A DNA stretch of 64,000 nt from Nemertoderma westbladi (taxonomy: Eukaryota; Animalia; Xenacoelomorpha): positions 1 to 64,000 of the forward strand of contig JAUCBJ010002852.1 in NCBI GenBank assembly GCA_032718475.1. Reading direction: 5' to 3'. The notes beneath the pieces were generated by a model. It was not told the origin of the DNA and searched no databases. It saw nothing but the letters and a program-made list of their open reading frames with translations. The position numbers were made by a program, and so were the translations under genes. Of the stretch, positions 53,301-63,689 are shown one piece after another (within the stretch, counting starts at the first letter, position 1; each line of letters starts with the position of its first letter).

Positions 53301-56300
53301 TTCTACAGTTAAAAAAAAAGTAAATTTTAACAATAAAGTGAATTAATTGGTAATGATATAATAATCAAAAGAATATGAACATAATTTACCAAAAACATGT
53401 AAGTTATTACCTTGTTATTACCTTGTTATTACCTTGCTATTACCTTGTTATTACCTTGCTATTACATTGTTATTACCTTGTTATTACCTTGTTATTACCT
53501 TGCTATTACCTTGTTATTACCTTGCTATTACATTGTTATTACCTTGTTATTACCTTGTTATTACCTTGCTATTACCTTGTTATTACCTTGTTATTACCTT
53601 GTTATTACCTTGTTATTACCTTGTTATTACCTTGTTATTACCTTGTTATTACTTTGTTATTACCTTGTTATTACCTTGCTATTACATTGTTATTACCTTG
53701 TTATTACCTTGTTATTACCTTGTTATTACCTTGTTATTACCTTGTTATTACCTTGTTATTACCTTGTTATTACCTTGCTATTACCTTGTTATTACCTTGT
53801 TATTACCTTGTTATTACCTTGTTATTACCTTGTTATTACCTTGTTATTACCTTGTTATTACCTTGTTATTACCTTGTTATTACCTTGTTATTACCTTGTT
53901 ATTACCTTGTTATTACCTTGTTATTACCTTGTTATTACCTTGTTATTACCTTGCTATTACCTTGTTATTACCTTGTTATTACCTTGTTATTACCTTGTTA
54001 TTACCTTGTTATTACCTTGTTATTACCTTGTTATTACCTTGTTATTACCTTGTTATTACCTTGTTATTACCTTGTTATTACCTTGTTATTACCTTGTTAT
54101 TACCTTGTTATTACCTTGTTATTACCTTGTTATTACCTTGTTATTCCTTGTTATTACCTTGTTATTACCTTGTTATTACCTTGTTATTACCTTGCTATTA
54201 CCTTGTTATTACCTTGTTATTACCTTGCTATTACCTTGTTATTACCTTGTTATTACCTTGTTATTACCTTGTTATTACCTTGTTATTACCTTGTTATTAC
54301 CTTGTTATTACCTTGTTATTACCTTGTTATTACCTTGTTATTACCTTGCTATTACCTTGCTATTACCTTGTTATTACCTTGTTATTACCTTGTTATTACC
54401 TTGTTATTACCTTGTTATTACCTTGTTATTACCTTGTTATTACCTTGTTATTACCTTGTTATTACCTTGTTATTACCTTGTTATTACCTTGTTATTACCT
54501 TGTTATTACCTTGTTATTACCTTGTTATTACCTTGTTATTACCTTGTTATTCCTTGTTATTACCTTGTTATTACCTTGTTATTACCTTGTTATTACCTTG
54601 CTATTACCTTGTTATTACCTTGTTATTACCTTGTTATTACCTTGTTATTACCTTGTTATTACCTTGTTATTACCTTGTTATTACCTTGTTATTACCTTGT
54701 TATTACCTTGTTATTACCTTGTTATTACCTTGCTATTACCTTGTTATTACCTTGCTATTACATTGTTATTACCTTGTTATTACCTTGTTATTACCTTGCT
54801 ATTACCTTGTTATTACCTTGCTATTACATTGTTATTACCTTGTTATTACCTTGTTATTACCTTGCTATTACCTTGTTATTACCTTGTTATTACCTTGTTA
54901 TTACCTTGTTATTACCTTGTTATTACCTTGTTATTACCTTGTTATTACCTTGTTATTACCTTGCTATTACATTGTTATTACCTTGTTATTACCTTGTTAT
55001 TACCTTGTTATTACCTTGTTATTACCTTGTTATTACCTTGTTATTACCTTGTTATTACCTTGCTATTACCTTGTTATTACCTTGTTATTACCTTGTTATT
55101 ACCTTGTTATTACCTTGTTATTACCTTGTTATTACCTTGTTATTACCTTGTTATTACCTTGTTATTACCTTGTTATTACCTTGTTATTACCTTGTTATTA
55201 CCTTGTTATTACCTTGCTATTACCTTGCTATTACCTTGTTATTACCTTGTTATTACCTTGTTATTACCTTGTTATTACCTTGTTATTACCTTGTTATTAC
55301 CTTGTTATTACCTTGTTATTACCTTGTTATTACCTTGTTATTACCTTGTTATTACCTTGTTATTACCTTGTTATTACCTTGTTATTACCTTGTTATTACC
55401 TTGTTATTCCTTGTTATTACCTTGTTATTACCTTGTTATTACCTTGTTATTACCTTGCTATTACCTTGTTATTACCTTGTTATTACCTTGCTATTACCTT
55501 GTTATTACCTTGTTATTACCTTGTTATTACCTTGTTATTACCTTGTTATTACCTTGTTATTACCTTGTTATTACCTTGTTATTACCTTGTTATTACCTTG
55601 TTATTACCTTGTTATTACCTTGTTATTACCTTGCTATTACCTTGTTATTACCTTGTTATTACCTTGTTATTACCTTGTTATTACCTTGTTATTACCTTGC
55701 TATTACCTTGTTATTACCTTGTTATTACCTTGTTATTACCTTGTTATTACCTTGCTATTACCTTGTTATTACCTTGTTATTACCTTGTTATTACATTGTT
55801 ATTACCTTGTTATTACCTTGTTATTACCTTGTTATTACCTTGTTATTACCTTGTTATTACCTTGTTATTACCTTGTTATTACCTTGTTATTACCTTGCTA
55901 TTACCTTGTTATTACCTTGCTATTACCTTGTTATTACCTTGTTATTACCTTGTTATTACCTTGTTATTACCTTGTTATTACCTTGTTATTACCTTGCTAT
56001 TACCTTGTTATTACCTTGCTATTACCTTGTTATTTACCTTGTTATTACCTTGTTATTAACTTGTTATTACCTTGTTATTACCTTGTTATTACCTTGCTAT
56101 TACCTTGTTATTACCTTGTTATTACCTTGTTATTACCTTGTTATTACCTTGTTATTACCTTGTTATTACCTTGTTATTACCTTGTTATTACCTTGTTATT
56201 ACCTTGTTATTACCTTGTTATTACCTTGTTATTACCTTGTTATTACCTTGTTATTACCTTGTCATTACCTTGTTATTACCTTGTTATTACCTTGTTATTA

Positions 56301-59300
56301 CCTTGTTATTACCTTGTTATTACCTTGTTATTACCTTGTTATTACCTTGTTATTACCTTGCTATTACCTTGTTATTACCTTGTTATTACCTTGCTATTGC
56401 CTTGTTATTACCTTGTTATTACCTTGTTATTACCTTGTTATTACCTTGTTATTACCTTGTTATTACCTTGTTATTACCTTGTTATTACCTTGTTATTACC
56501 TTGTTATTACCTTGCTATTACCTTGTTATTACCTTGTTATTACCTTGCTATTACCTTGTTATTACCTTGTTATTACCTTGTTATTACCTTGTTATTACCT
56601 TGTTATTACCTTGTTATTACCTTGCTATTACCTTGTTATTACCTTGTTATTACCTTGTTATTACCTTGTTATTACCTTGTTATTACCTTGCTATTACCTT
56701 GTTATTACCTTGTTATTACCTTGTTATTACCTTGCTATTACCTTGTTATTACCTTGTTATTACCTTGTTATTACCTTGTTATTACCTTGTTATTACCTTG
56801 TTATTACCTTGTTATCACCTTGTTATTACCTTGTTATTACCTTGTTATTACCTTGTTATTACCTTGTTATTACCTTGTTATTACATTGCTATTACCTTGT
56901 TATTACCTTGTTATTACCTTGTTATTACCTTGCTATTACCTTGTTATTACCTTGATATTACCTTGTTATTACCTTGTTATTACCTTTTTATTACCTTGTT
57001 ATTACCTTGTTATTACCTTGTTATTACCTTGTTATTACCTTGTTATTACCTTGTTATTACCTTGTTATTACCTTGTTATTACCTTGTTATTACCTTGTTA
57101 TTACCTTGTTATTACCTTGTTATTACCTTGTTATTACCTTGTTATTACCTTGTTATTACCTTGTTATTACCTTGTTATTACCTTGTTATTACCTTGTTAT
57201 TACCTTGTTATTACCTTGTTATTACCTTGTTATTACCTTGTTATTACCTTGCTATTACCTTGTTATTACCTTGTTATTACCTTGTTATTACCTTGTTATT
57301 ACTTTGCTATTACCTTGTTATTACCTTGTTATTACCTTGTTATTACCTTGTTATTACCTTGCTATTACCTTGTTATTACCTTGCTATTACCTTGTTATTA
57401 CCTTGTTATTACCTTGTTATTACCTTGTTATTACCTTGTTATTACCTTGCTATTACCTTGCTATTACCTTGTTATTACCTTGTTATTACCTTGTTATTAC
57501 CTTGTTATTACCTTGTTATTACCTTGTTATTACCTTGTTATTACCTTGTTATTACCTTGTTATTACCTTGTTATTACCTTGTTATTACCTTGTTATTACC
57601 TTGTTATTACCTTGTTATTACCTTGTTATTACCTTGTTATTACCTTGTTATTACCTTGTTATTACCTTGTTATAACCTTGTTATTACCTTGCTATTACCT
57701 TGTTATTACCTTGTTATTACCTTGTTATTACCTTGTTATTACCTTGTTATTACCTTGTTATTACCTTGTTATTACCTTGTTATTACCTTGCTATTACCTT
57801 GCTATTACCTTGTTATTACCTTGTTATTACCTTGTTATTACCTTGTTATTACCTTGTTATTACCTTGCTATTACCTTGTTATTACCTTGTTATTACCTTG
57901 GTATTACCTTGCTATTACCTTGTTATTACCTTGTTATTATTACCTTGGTATTACCTTGCTATTACCTTGTTATTACCTTGTTATTACCTTGCTATTACCT
58001 TGTTATTACCTTGCTATTTATTACCTTGTTATTATGTTATTACCTGTCATATCCAGCAGCGTCAGTGGTAACTAGCACATTTGGGTTGTCGTCGAAGTAA
58101 TGGCTTATGGTTTTAAACAATTCATTGGCGTCTTGTTGATTTTTAAACGCTGCTTGAACTGATGAATCTCTGAGCGTTCCGTATTCTAAAAGTTTTTTCG
58201 TTAATATTACAGTAATAAATAAAGTTACATAATATACGGATTAAACAGTTAATTTCTCCTATACGCTATTTTTGGACCTTTGAATATAATAATTTTATAA
58301 ATTGTGTAGTCATGTACTATAAAGGCGGAGCGAGCTAGCTCAGTTGATTGAGCGCTAGGCTTACAATCTATTGCTTGTAGGTTAGAGTCCCGCCAGGGTC
58401 CACTCACCCTTTCATCCATTGGGTTCCATAAAAATGAGAACCAGTTAATAAAATTGCTGGGAGCAAACCAAGGGATAGGAGTAGCGCCCACCTTCGAGAG
58501 GAGTGGCGCCCACTCTCGAGAGGAGTAGCGCCCACTCTCGAGAGGAGTAGCGCCCACTCTCGAGAGGAGTAGCGCCCACCCTCGAGAGGAGTAGCGCCCA
58601 CTCTCGAGAGGAGTAGCGCCCACTCTCGAGAGAAGTCGCACCCACTCTCGAGAGGAATAGCGCCCACCCTCGAGAGGAGTAGCGCCCACCCTCGAGAGGA
58701 GTAGCGCCCACTCTCGAGAGGAGTAGCGCCCACTCTCGAGAGGAGTAGCGCCCACCTTCGAGAGGAGTACCGCCCACCCTCGAGAGGAGTAGCGCCCACT
58801 CTCGAGAGGAGTAGCGCCCACTCTCGAGAGGAGTAGCGCCTACCCTCGAGAGGAGTAGCGCCCACTCTCGCTTCTAGTTTCGGACGGCTGTTTGCTTTTT
58901 GCTTGTACTACATATAGAATTTCTGAAATGTAGAGCGCGCCAGGGTCACTGGAGGTATCATAGTTAGTCTGTAGTAGTTAAGATAGAGAAGAAATATCTT
59001 TTTACAAGTGACCCACTGAGAAACAATAAATAAAAGTTGGTCACTTGTAAAACGATGTTTCTTCTCTATCCTATCCACTCCAGATAACACATATAGAATT
59101 TATTTATCTAAATTCTGCATGCTGCTTTAAGAATACTATGCCGACTTCTCAACCACAAATCCGAACACAAATGACTTTCGCGAGAATATCCACATCTTCA
59201 ACGCTAGCGTCTTTTAAGCGGCGTCTCGAGAGAGCCGTGGGCTGCCTGCCACTATATTTTCTCCATGAGACTGCCAAAGCACAAAAATGTGCACAGGCTG

Positions 59301-62300
59301 CTCCTCGCGGCGAAAGTAATGTCCTACGAAGTGGCCAAAGTATTATAGAATAAATGCACTCGAGCTAATTTAAATTACAAATTGAACATAAGTAAATGTC
59401 AAAATATGTAATTGTAGTGTAATTGTACTGGTACTGGCATATCGTTGGAAAGATAATTTAATACCATTTTAGGTTCACCCTAACTGATCTAGACTTTGCT
59501 GATGACTATGCAGCATGCCGATCCTAGTAGAAGTAGTAGTAGGTTCACCTCCAAAGTTACCAATAATTACCAATTGTAAATAATAAGAAACTCTAACCGA
59601 TTTCAGTTTGTCCTGCGAGAGCTTCGATGCTGTCTATCGGCAGGACCATTCGATTAACTGTTAGGAAAGCAGCAAGGTTAGCGGTGTAAGTAGCAATCAT
59701 AATCAAAGTAAAGAACCACCAGAAACCGGTAACAATACGACCAGACAGCGGCTGGGGTACCATCTCTGGACCTGTTAACGTTATAATAACTAGGGTTTAT
59801 TCGTCGCAGATAAATAAAAATATAACCGTCGATTTTTTGTGATAACGTAAAACCGGAAATTACATATTGTTACTTTTTTTTCACATTGATGCTGTATGGA
59901 CATTACACAGTTACTGTATGTAAAAAAAAGGCCTTTCAATGACCAGCTTTTGTGTAATTTCTACACAGACGACATACCCATAGCCGACTACGACATCCGA
60001 CAACGATAATTATAAACAAAATTAAATTTGATATATAAATTCCTGTGCTCTTGATGTAGTTTACCTTGTTGCAGTATCGAGGTGATACTGAACCACATTG
60101 AGTTTCCAACGGTAAAGTATCTGTATTCGTTGGAGCCGTCTTCTATCTTAGAGTAAGGACTGACTTTCACAACAAGGTAAGTAGTAACACCCACTATAAA
60201 TATGGCAGCCGCTGTACAACCCCAAACCTGTAAAACAAACCTAATATTATTACAGCTGCAACCCCAATCCCAACCCAACCTATAACATAATAATAATAAT
60301 AATAATAATAATATATATTTATTTATATAGCGCCAAATTTACATCATATACGTACTCTAAGGCGCTGACAACACATAGTACACAGTAATTAATAGTTCGT
60401 GACTGCAATAGCAATAGTTATGAAATAAAAATCAACTAAATTAATATAGTAATTAAAAACCAACAATAAAAACATCATAAAATATAGTAAAAAACAAACA
60501 ATAAAAAACGATCATCGCAAGCATTCCAGTGCGGGTTAAGTTAAAAAGTAATTAATGGCAGAATAGAATATAATGGCAGTGATAATGAATTAAAATTAAA
60601 AGTAAAAAACCGTAAAAACAACTGTTATGGTGGACTTTTTAAGATTTAAAATATATTGATGTTAAAAACAATCGTGTATACATCCAGTACTTAAGTTAAA
60701 ATTAAATTTAAAATTGAAAGTAATTAATTAAAAAAAAAAGTCAGTCGTCCATAAAAACAAATAAATAATATTTAGTTTAGATTTAACTTCATAGGCACAG
60801 CGTAATACTAGGTAATACTAAATAATAGGACACTAGTTTACGTGGTATTCCAGATTGTACAGGTGAGTTTTTAGACGTTTCTTAAAAATTCCCACATTCG
60901 ATGATTCGCGTATGGCCGGAGGCAATGCGTTCCATACAGTTGGAGCAGCAATGGAGAACGATCGCCTACCATAATGTTCCGTATTGTAGCGAGGGACCAC
61001 GAGTAAACCCAGCCCGCTGGATCGCATCTCGCGGATGGGTATGTACGGAGTTAGTAAGTCGCTTAGATACTTCGGGGCACAGTTATTTACGCATTTCCAA
61101 GTTAGCAAGGCAATTTTAAAGTCGATACGGCGAACTATAGGTAACCAGTGCAATGCTTTTAGGGTTGGAGTTATATGGTCCCTCTTCTTTACACCACATA
61201 GAAGTGGAGCCGCGGAGTTTTGAACGTACTGCAGTTTCTGAATGGATTTTTTTGGCAGACCGTAGTAGAGAGAAACATAACTTAATTGTTAATTGATTTC
61301 AGTTCATTGTAAGAACACAGGAACAGAACACAAATGTATTGATATCAGCTTCAGCTCAACTGTAAAGTGTACTGTACAGTGTACAACCCCCAACCAGTAA
61401 AACAAAAGTAAAGTTATCACAGCTGTAGGACTACCCGTAGGCCTACAGCCTCAATTCCAAACCTGTAAATCCTGAAATCATATTGATGATTGATTTCAGT
61501 TCATTTGTACGGATGTAAAAACTGTACAGAACGCTAACACAAAATAATGTATTGATATCAGCTCAGCATACTGACCTCTCCGGACAGCGGCTCAAAGAAG
61601 GCGAACAGATTGCTGCTCGGGGAGCCTTTCTTCATTAGGATTCCAACCCCGTAGTCCATGTACCGAACGGTGAAGTCGACAACCTTCTCGCGATCCTCAA
61701 TGATCGTCATACCACCTACAGCCATATCGAACTTCTAAAAATACACATAAACGGCGATATTTAAATTTTACAGTAGTATTAACAAAAACAGTGATGTCTT
61801 CTTCACCTCTTTCATACATATTGGAAAATGTTCGATGCTATTATTTTTTAGTCATGGAGGTACAGTATGCATTATAGCCGTATAGATAGTTGTACACAGT
61901 AAGAAATCTATAATGATATGTCATGTTAGGGCGGTGCGTTTTTTACTTTTTTTCGATTTCATTGTTCTACCGGTGCACAAAAGTTGCCAAATGGTTAAAA
62001 AATAAAGCAAAAAAAATTTCTTTAAATTTCGTCTATATCTTCACGGATCCCAAGAGGGTTGAAATAACATATTGATGAAAGATCAATGACTCAAGAAAGA
62101 ACTTCCTGCATGCATCATATGTAATCAAATGGGTCCAAACTTATTTAGATACTAAAATTTTAATTTTTGGATCAATGGAACTAGTGCCACTGGCACATGG
62201 CCAGAACCTACCCTTTGGCGCAAGTGATGAAAATTCTAAATTTGCGCGATGGCCAACTTTGAGTTCTCCTACTGCATTAATAATATGCTCATTAGAACCG

Positions 62301-63689
62301 CAAAGTCCGATTTAGTGGGGGTTGACACCTTCAAAACAAACGTAGATCGAATAGTTCTGTGAAGTCTGTGAAGAAAATGTGAAGTCCGGCACAAGTCTAC
62401 ATTACCGCCTTGATGTGATATGGACAAATACACTAAAAATGATACTTTGAATTATCTCAAGGAATCAGGAATAGACACATCACAGAAATGATCGATATAG
62501 TTGGTGTAGACACCTTCGAAATAAGAGTAGAGTCATTAGTGAGGTATTGAGTCTTGAGTTATTTTACAAAATGTCAAGACTATGTCCACCAATTAATACT
62601 TGATATTGAGTTGATTCATTCCACACATTTTGTACAAAAACTGTAGTGAATTATTGACTACTATTTCATTTTGAAGGTGTTTGTATACACTAAATCAATA
62701 AGTTGCAGTGATGTGTATATTTTTGATACCTTAACATAATTAGAAGTAACATTTTTGTGTAGTTGTCTATAAATCATCAAGGCCATGTGGACATGTGGAC
62801 TTGTGCCGGACTTAACATTTTCTGCAATATCTCAAGAACTATTCGCTCTATGCTTGTTTTGAAGGTGTCTACCCCCACTAAATCGATCATTGCGGTTCTA
62901 ATGAGCATAATATTAATGTAGTAGGAGAAGTAGAAGTTGGCCATCGCGAAATTTGAGAATAATCGTCATTTGCGCCAAAGGGTAGGTTCTGGCCATGTGC
63001 CTGTGGCACTAGTTCCCTTGATCAAAAATGTAAAATTTTGGTATCTGACTAAGTTTGGACACATTTGATGACATTTGATGCATGCAGGAAGTTCCTTCTT
63101 GAGTCATTGATCTTTCATCAGTAATGTGTTATATTGTTATAAATTTCATTATGGTGCATCGCGATGGCTCAAAATTTCAACCCTCTTGGGATCCGTGAAG
63201 ATATAGACGAAATTTAAAGACAATTTTATGCCTTATTTTTTTACCATTTGGCAACTATTGTGCACCGGTAGAACAATGCAATCGAAAAAAAGTAAAAAAA
63301 CGCACCGCCCTAATGTCATGTGTTGGAAAAAGTTGAAGGGAATAAATCAACTTAAATCAACTTAGCAAAGCAACGTTTATAGTATTACAAAGTGTCTGGC
63401 TAGACGCAGGTCGCAGGACGCAGGTCGCAGGTCGCAGGACGCAGGTCGCAGGACGCAGGTCGCAGGACGCAGGACACAGGTTACAGGACGCAGGTCGCAG
63501 GACGCAGGTCGCAGGACGCAGGTCGCAGACTCACCTTATTTACAAGTTGTCCAATTGTACCCGTCCATTCGCCATTTCTGAAAGTCCCATAGGTGTTGTC
63601 CGTGTGCATTATGGTATATTTGAATCCAAGTTTATTTCGTATGTGGTCAAGTAACTCAATACAGAATCCGTCATATTCTCCAGTGGTTT
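41172..63689 (-). CDS. GRID: Delta-class (GluD-like) ionotropic glutamate receptor subunit, 3' nine coding exons (partial; N-terminal exons outside the window)
   Basis: Exons 63689-63535, 61734-61576, 60227-60065, 59771-59598, 58185-58044, 52862-52698, 52339-52179, 51265-51080 and 41305-41172 are GT-AG bounded with matching phases (1439 nt). Motifs [58 protein letters not shown] and [14 protein letters not shown] resemble vertebrate GluD sequences as I recall them. Class assignment needs a phylogeny. Confidence 0.9.
41950..43381 (+). mobile_element. 5'-truncated non-LTR retrotransposon (RT C-terminal half, degenerate end, (TAA)n tail)
   Basis: ORF 41956-42798 has [21 protein letters not shown] and MKLNFSKC. 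(taa)n run at ~43362-43381. 5' boundary approximate; clade not assigned. Confidence 0.85.
43595..43725. repeat. (GATAC)n microsatellite, ~26 copies, continuous with the left TIR of element B
   Basis: Direct reading. Confidence 0.98.
44829..48422 (-). pseudogene. LINE ORF2 (AP endonuclease + reverse transcriptase), broken by about three frameshifts
   Basis: APE motifs [37 protein letters not shown] motifs [46 protein letters not shown]2-type tail [13 protein letters not shown]...[10 protein letters not shown]. Confidence 0.93.
47822..48545. repeat. 30-bp GC-rich minisatellite (~24 copies) between LINE ORF1 and the APE domain; reads [10 protein letters not shown]
   Basis: Unit gggcgcggtcaacgcagccgggggcggcgt. 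In frame with the APE from 48422. Confidence 0.97.
48556..49761 (-). CDS. LINE ORF1 protein (Cys-rich PHD-like segment, coiled coil, RRM-like domain)
   Basis: Cys cluster, heptad-like region, [14 protein letters not shown]...RPLVVTL and YLSPDYT motifs typical of CR1/L2 ORF1. Start codon uncertain. Confidence 0.8.
   Translation of the reverse strand: MLIIPDVVLEINCGWRRNSTASAHRRQTAAAANVQPTTRKRDNKTPNANQPLPTSRTDGHEEIEVCCSGANCNISMICIAPNGTDFGCVDFYCGGCVGNRLSRTTKDLEQFESRTDDKFLELQQQFDSVLLKSNKLEQTVNDTRQLVNSRMKELRIEFMTSVEDIQKKVGVIQDESLSVIVDEGEWTDAPSKRSKRNAKHRNDSDNLALLARKVKEEEDEQNRRICNIVVSGAKVEEDDKKLVIDIANSINIDLFPSEISTRRVGKVKDNGTRPLVVTLPQDKRAVLLRKARDLRQTQCYNNMYLSPDYTPAESKLQYQLREERRRLQTSQPNKHWIISRGKVIEASRLNPHSVEPTDSNALPFDQSTGSAAHGPRTIYRSDRAAQLTLNHLSLTRCVAID
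51080..51265 (-). CDS. GRID: iGluR exon: end of M4 and proximal C-tail ([21 protein letters not shown]...PRNGLA)
   Basis: Acceptor ctttttcttag, donor g|gtaata, phases 1/1; completes the M4 helix. Confidence 0.88.
51545..51775 (-). mobile_element. Degenerate fragment of an RLE-type (CRE-like) non-LTR retrotransposon C-terminal region
   Basis: GC-rich island translating, with a frameshift, to [14 protein letters not shown]...[19 protein letters not shown]...LNDIVRRAL. This resembles the zinc-knuckle/RHN region upstream of RLE domains. Confidence 0.55.
52179..52339 (-). CDS. GRID: iGluR exon: S2 end, pre-M4 and M4 start ([18 protein letters not shown]...C...[10 protein letters not shown])
   Basis: ttttcag acceptor, gtgagt donor, canonical iGluR motifs. 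Confidence 0.93.
52698..52862 (-). CDS. GRID: iGluR exon: S2 ([16 protein letters not shown]...C...[19 protein letters not shown])
   Basis: ttttag acceptor, gttagt donor, phases 2/2. Confidence 0.93.
53403..58043. repeat. 11-bp tandem array (ttattaccttg; sense strand CAAGGTAATAA), ~420 copies, filling most of an iGluR intron
   Basis: Direct reading; begins at the donor of exon 58185-58044. Confidence 0.99.
58044..58185 (-). CDS. GRID: iGluR exon: S2 start ([15 protein letters not shown]...[11 protein letters not shown])
   Basis: ttttag acceptor, ag|gtaata donor, phases 1/2 match both neighbours. Confidence 0.92.
58324..58490 (+). mobile_element. tRNA-derived SINE with a conserved central domain (Meta-domain-like)
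   Basis: A-box-like tagctcagttgattgagcg and B-box-like ggttagagtcc, followed by ctcaccctttcatcc...aaaatgagaaccag, similar to the core I recall from widespread metazoan SINEs. Confidence 0.65.
58477..58870. repeat. 22-bp minisatellite (gagaggagtagcgcccactctc), ~18 copies
   Basis: Direct reading; unit junctions form the palindrome ctctcgagag. Confidence 0.97.
59598..59771 (-). CDS. GRID: iGluR exon: post-pore loop and M3 gate ([41 protein letters not shown]...GQTEI)
   Basis: Absent from the ORF track and translated by hand; cag acceptor, g|gttaga donor, phases 1/1. Confidence 0.95.
60065..60227 (-). CDS. GRID: iGluR exon: M1 and M2 pore loop ([14 protein letters not shown]...[13 protein letters not shown])
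   Basis: ttttacag acceptor, g|gtaaa donor. Confidence 0.95.
60291..61273 (-). mobile_element. 5'-truncated L2-group LINE (ORF2 C-terminus, 3' UTR, stem-loop, (TAT)n tail)
   Basis: [13 protein letters not shown]...FKKRLKTHL; 3' end agcgccttagag...ggcgctatataaat(tat)n; candidate TSD aacataa at 60284-60290 and 61274-61280. Confidence 0.9.
61576..61734 (-). CDS. GRID: iGluR exon: S1 end and pre-M1 ([36 protein letters not shown]...[10 protein letters not shown])
   Basis: Translated by hand; ttttag acceptor, gtcagt donor, phases 0/0; contains the conserved ligand-binding Arg. Confidence 0.95.
61927..63312. mobile_element. 1.39-kb foldback/MITE with ~650-bp inverted arms (MULE-like by TSD length)
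   Basis: Termini tagggcggtgcgtttttt / aaaaaacgcaccgcccta; 9-bp TSD atgtcatgt at 61918-61926 and 63313-63321; arms pair almost to the centre (~62600). Confidence 0.92.
63403..63528. repeat. 7-bp tandem repeat (gacgcag/gtcgcag), 18 copies
   Basis: Direct reading; starts at intron position +7 after the gtgagt donor. Confidence 0.95.
63535..63689 (-). CDS. GRID: iGluR exon: S1 ([26 protein letters not shown]...YG...[14 protein letters not shown])
   Basis: Translated by hand; tttttag acceptor, aag|gtgagt donor. Confidence 0.93.

Noticed and set aside
53403-58043. Interstitial or non-canonical telomeric repeat
   Set aside because: It lies inside an intron with intact exons on both sides and matches the local donor sequence. 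A check of chromosome ends would settle it.
53375-58100. Hydrophobic ORFs ([11 protein letters not shown])n
   Set aside because: An 11-bp unit without stops on the plus strand opens all three frames; it lies antisense within an intron.
58324-58400. Functional tRNA gene
   Set aside because: Degenerate B box and stems, and it continues into a SINE-like core.
59138-59353. 71-aa plus-strand ORF in a slightly GC-richer intron patch
   Set aside because: No recognisable motif or convincing splice sites; the flanking iGluR exons join in phase without it.
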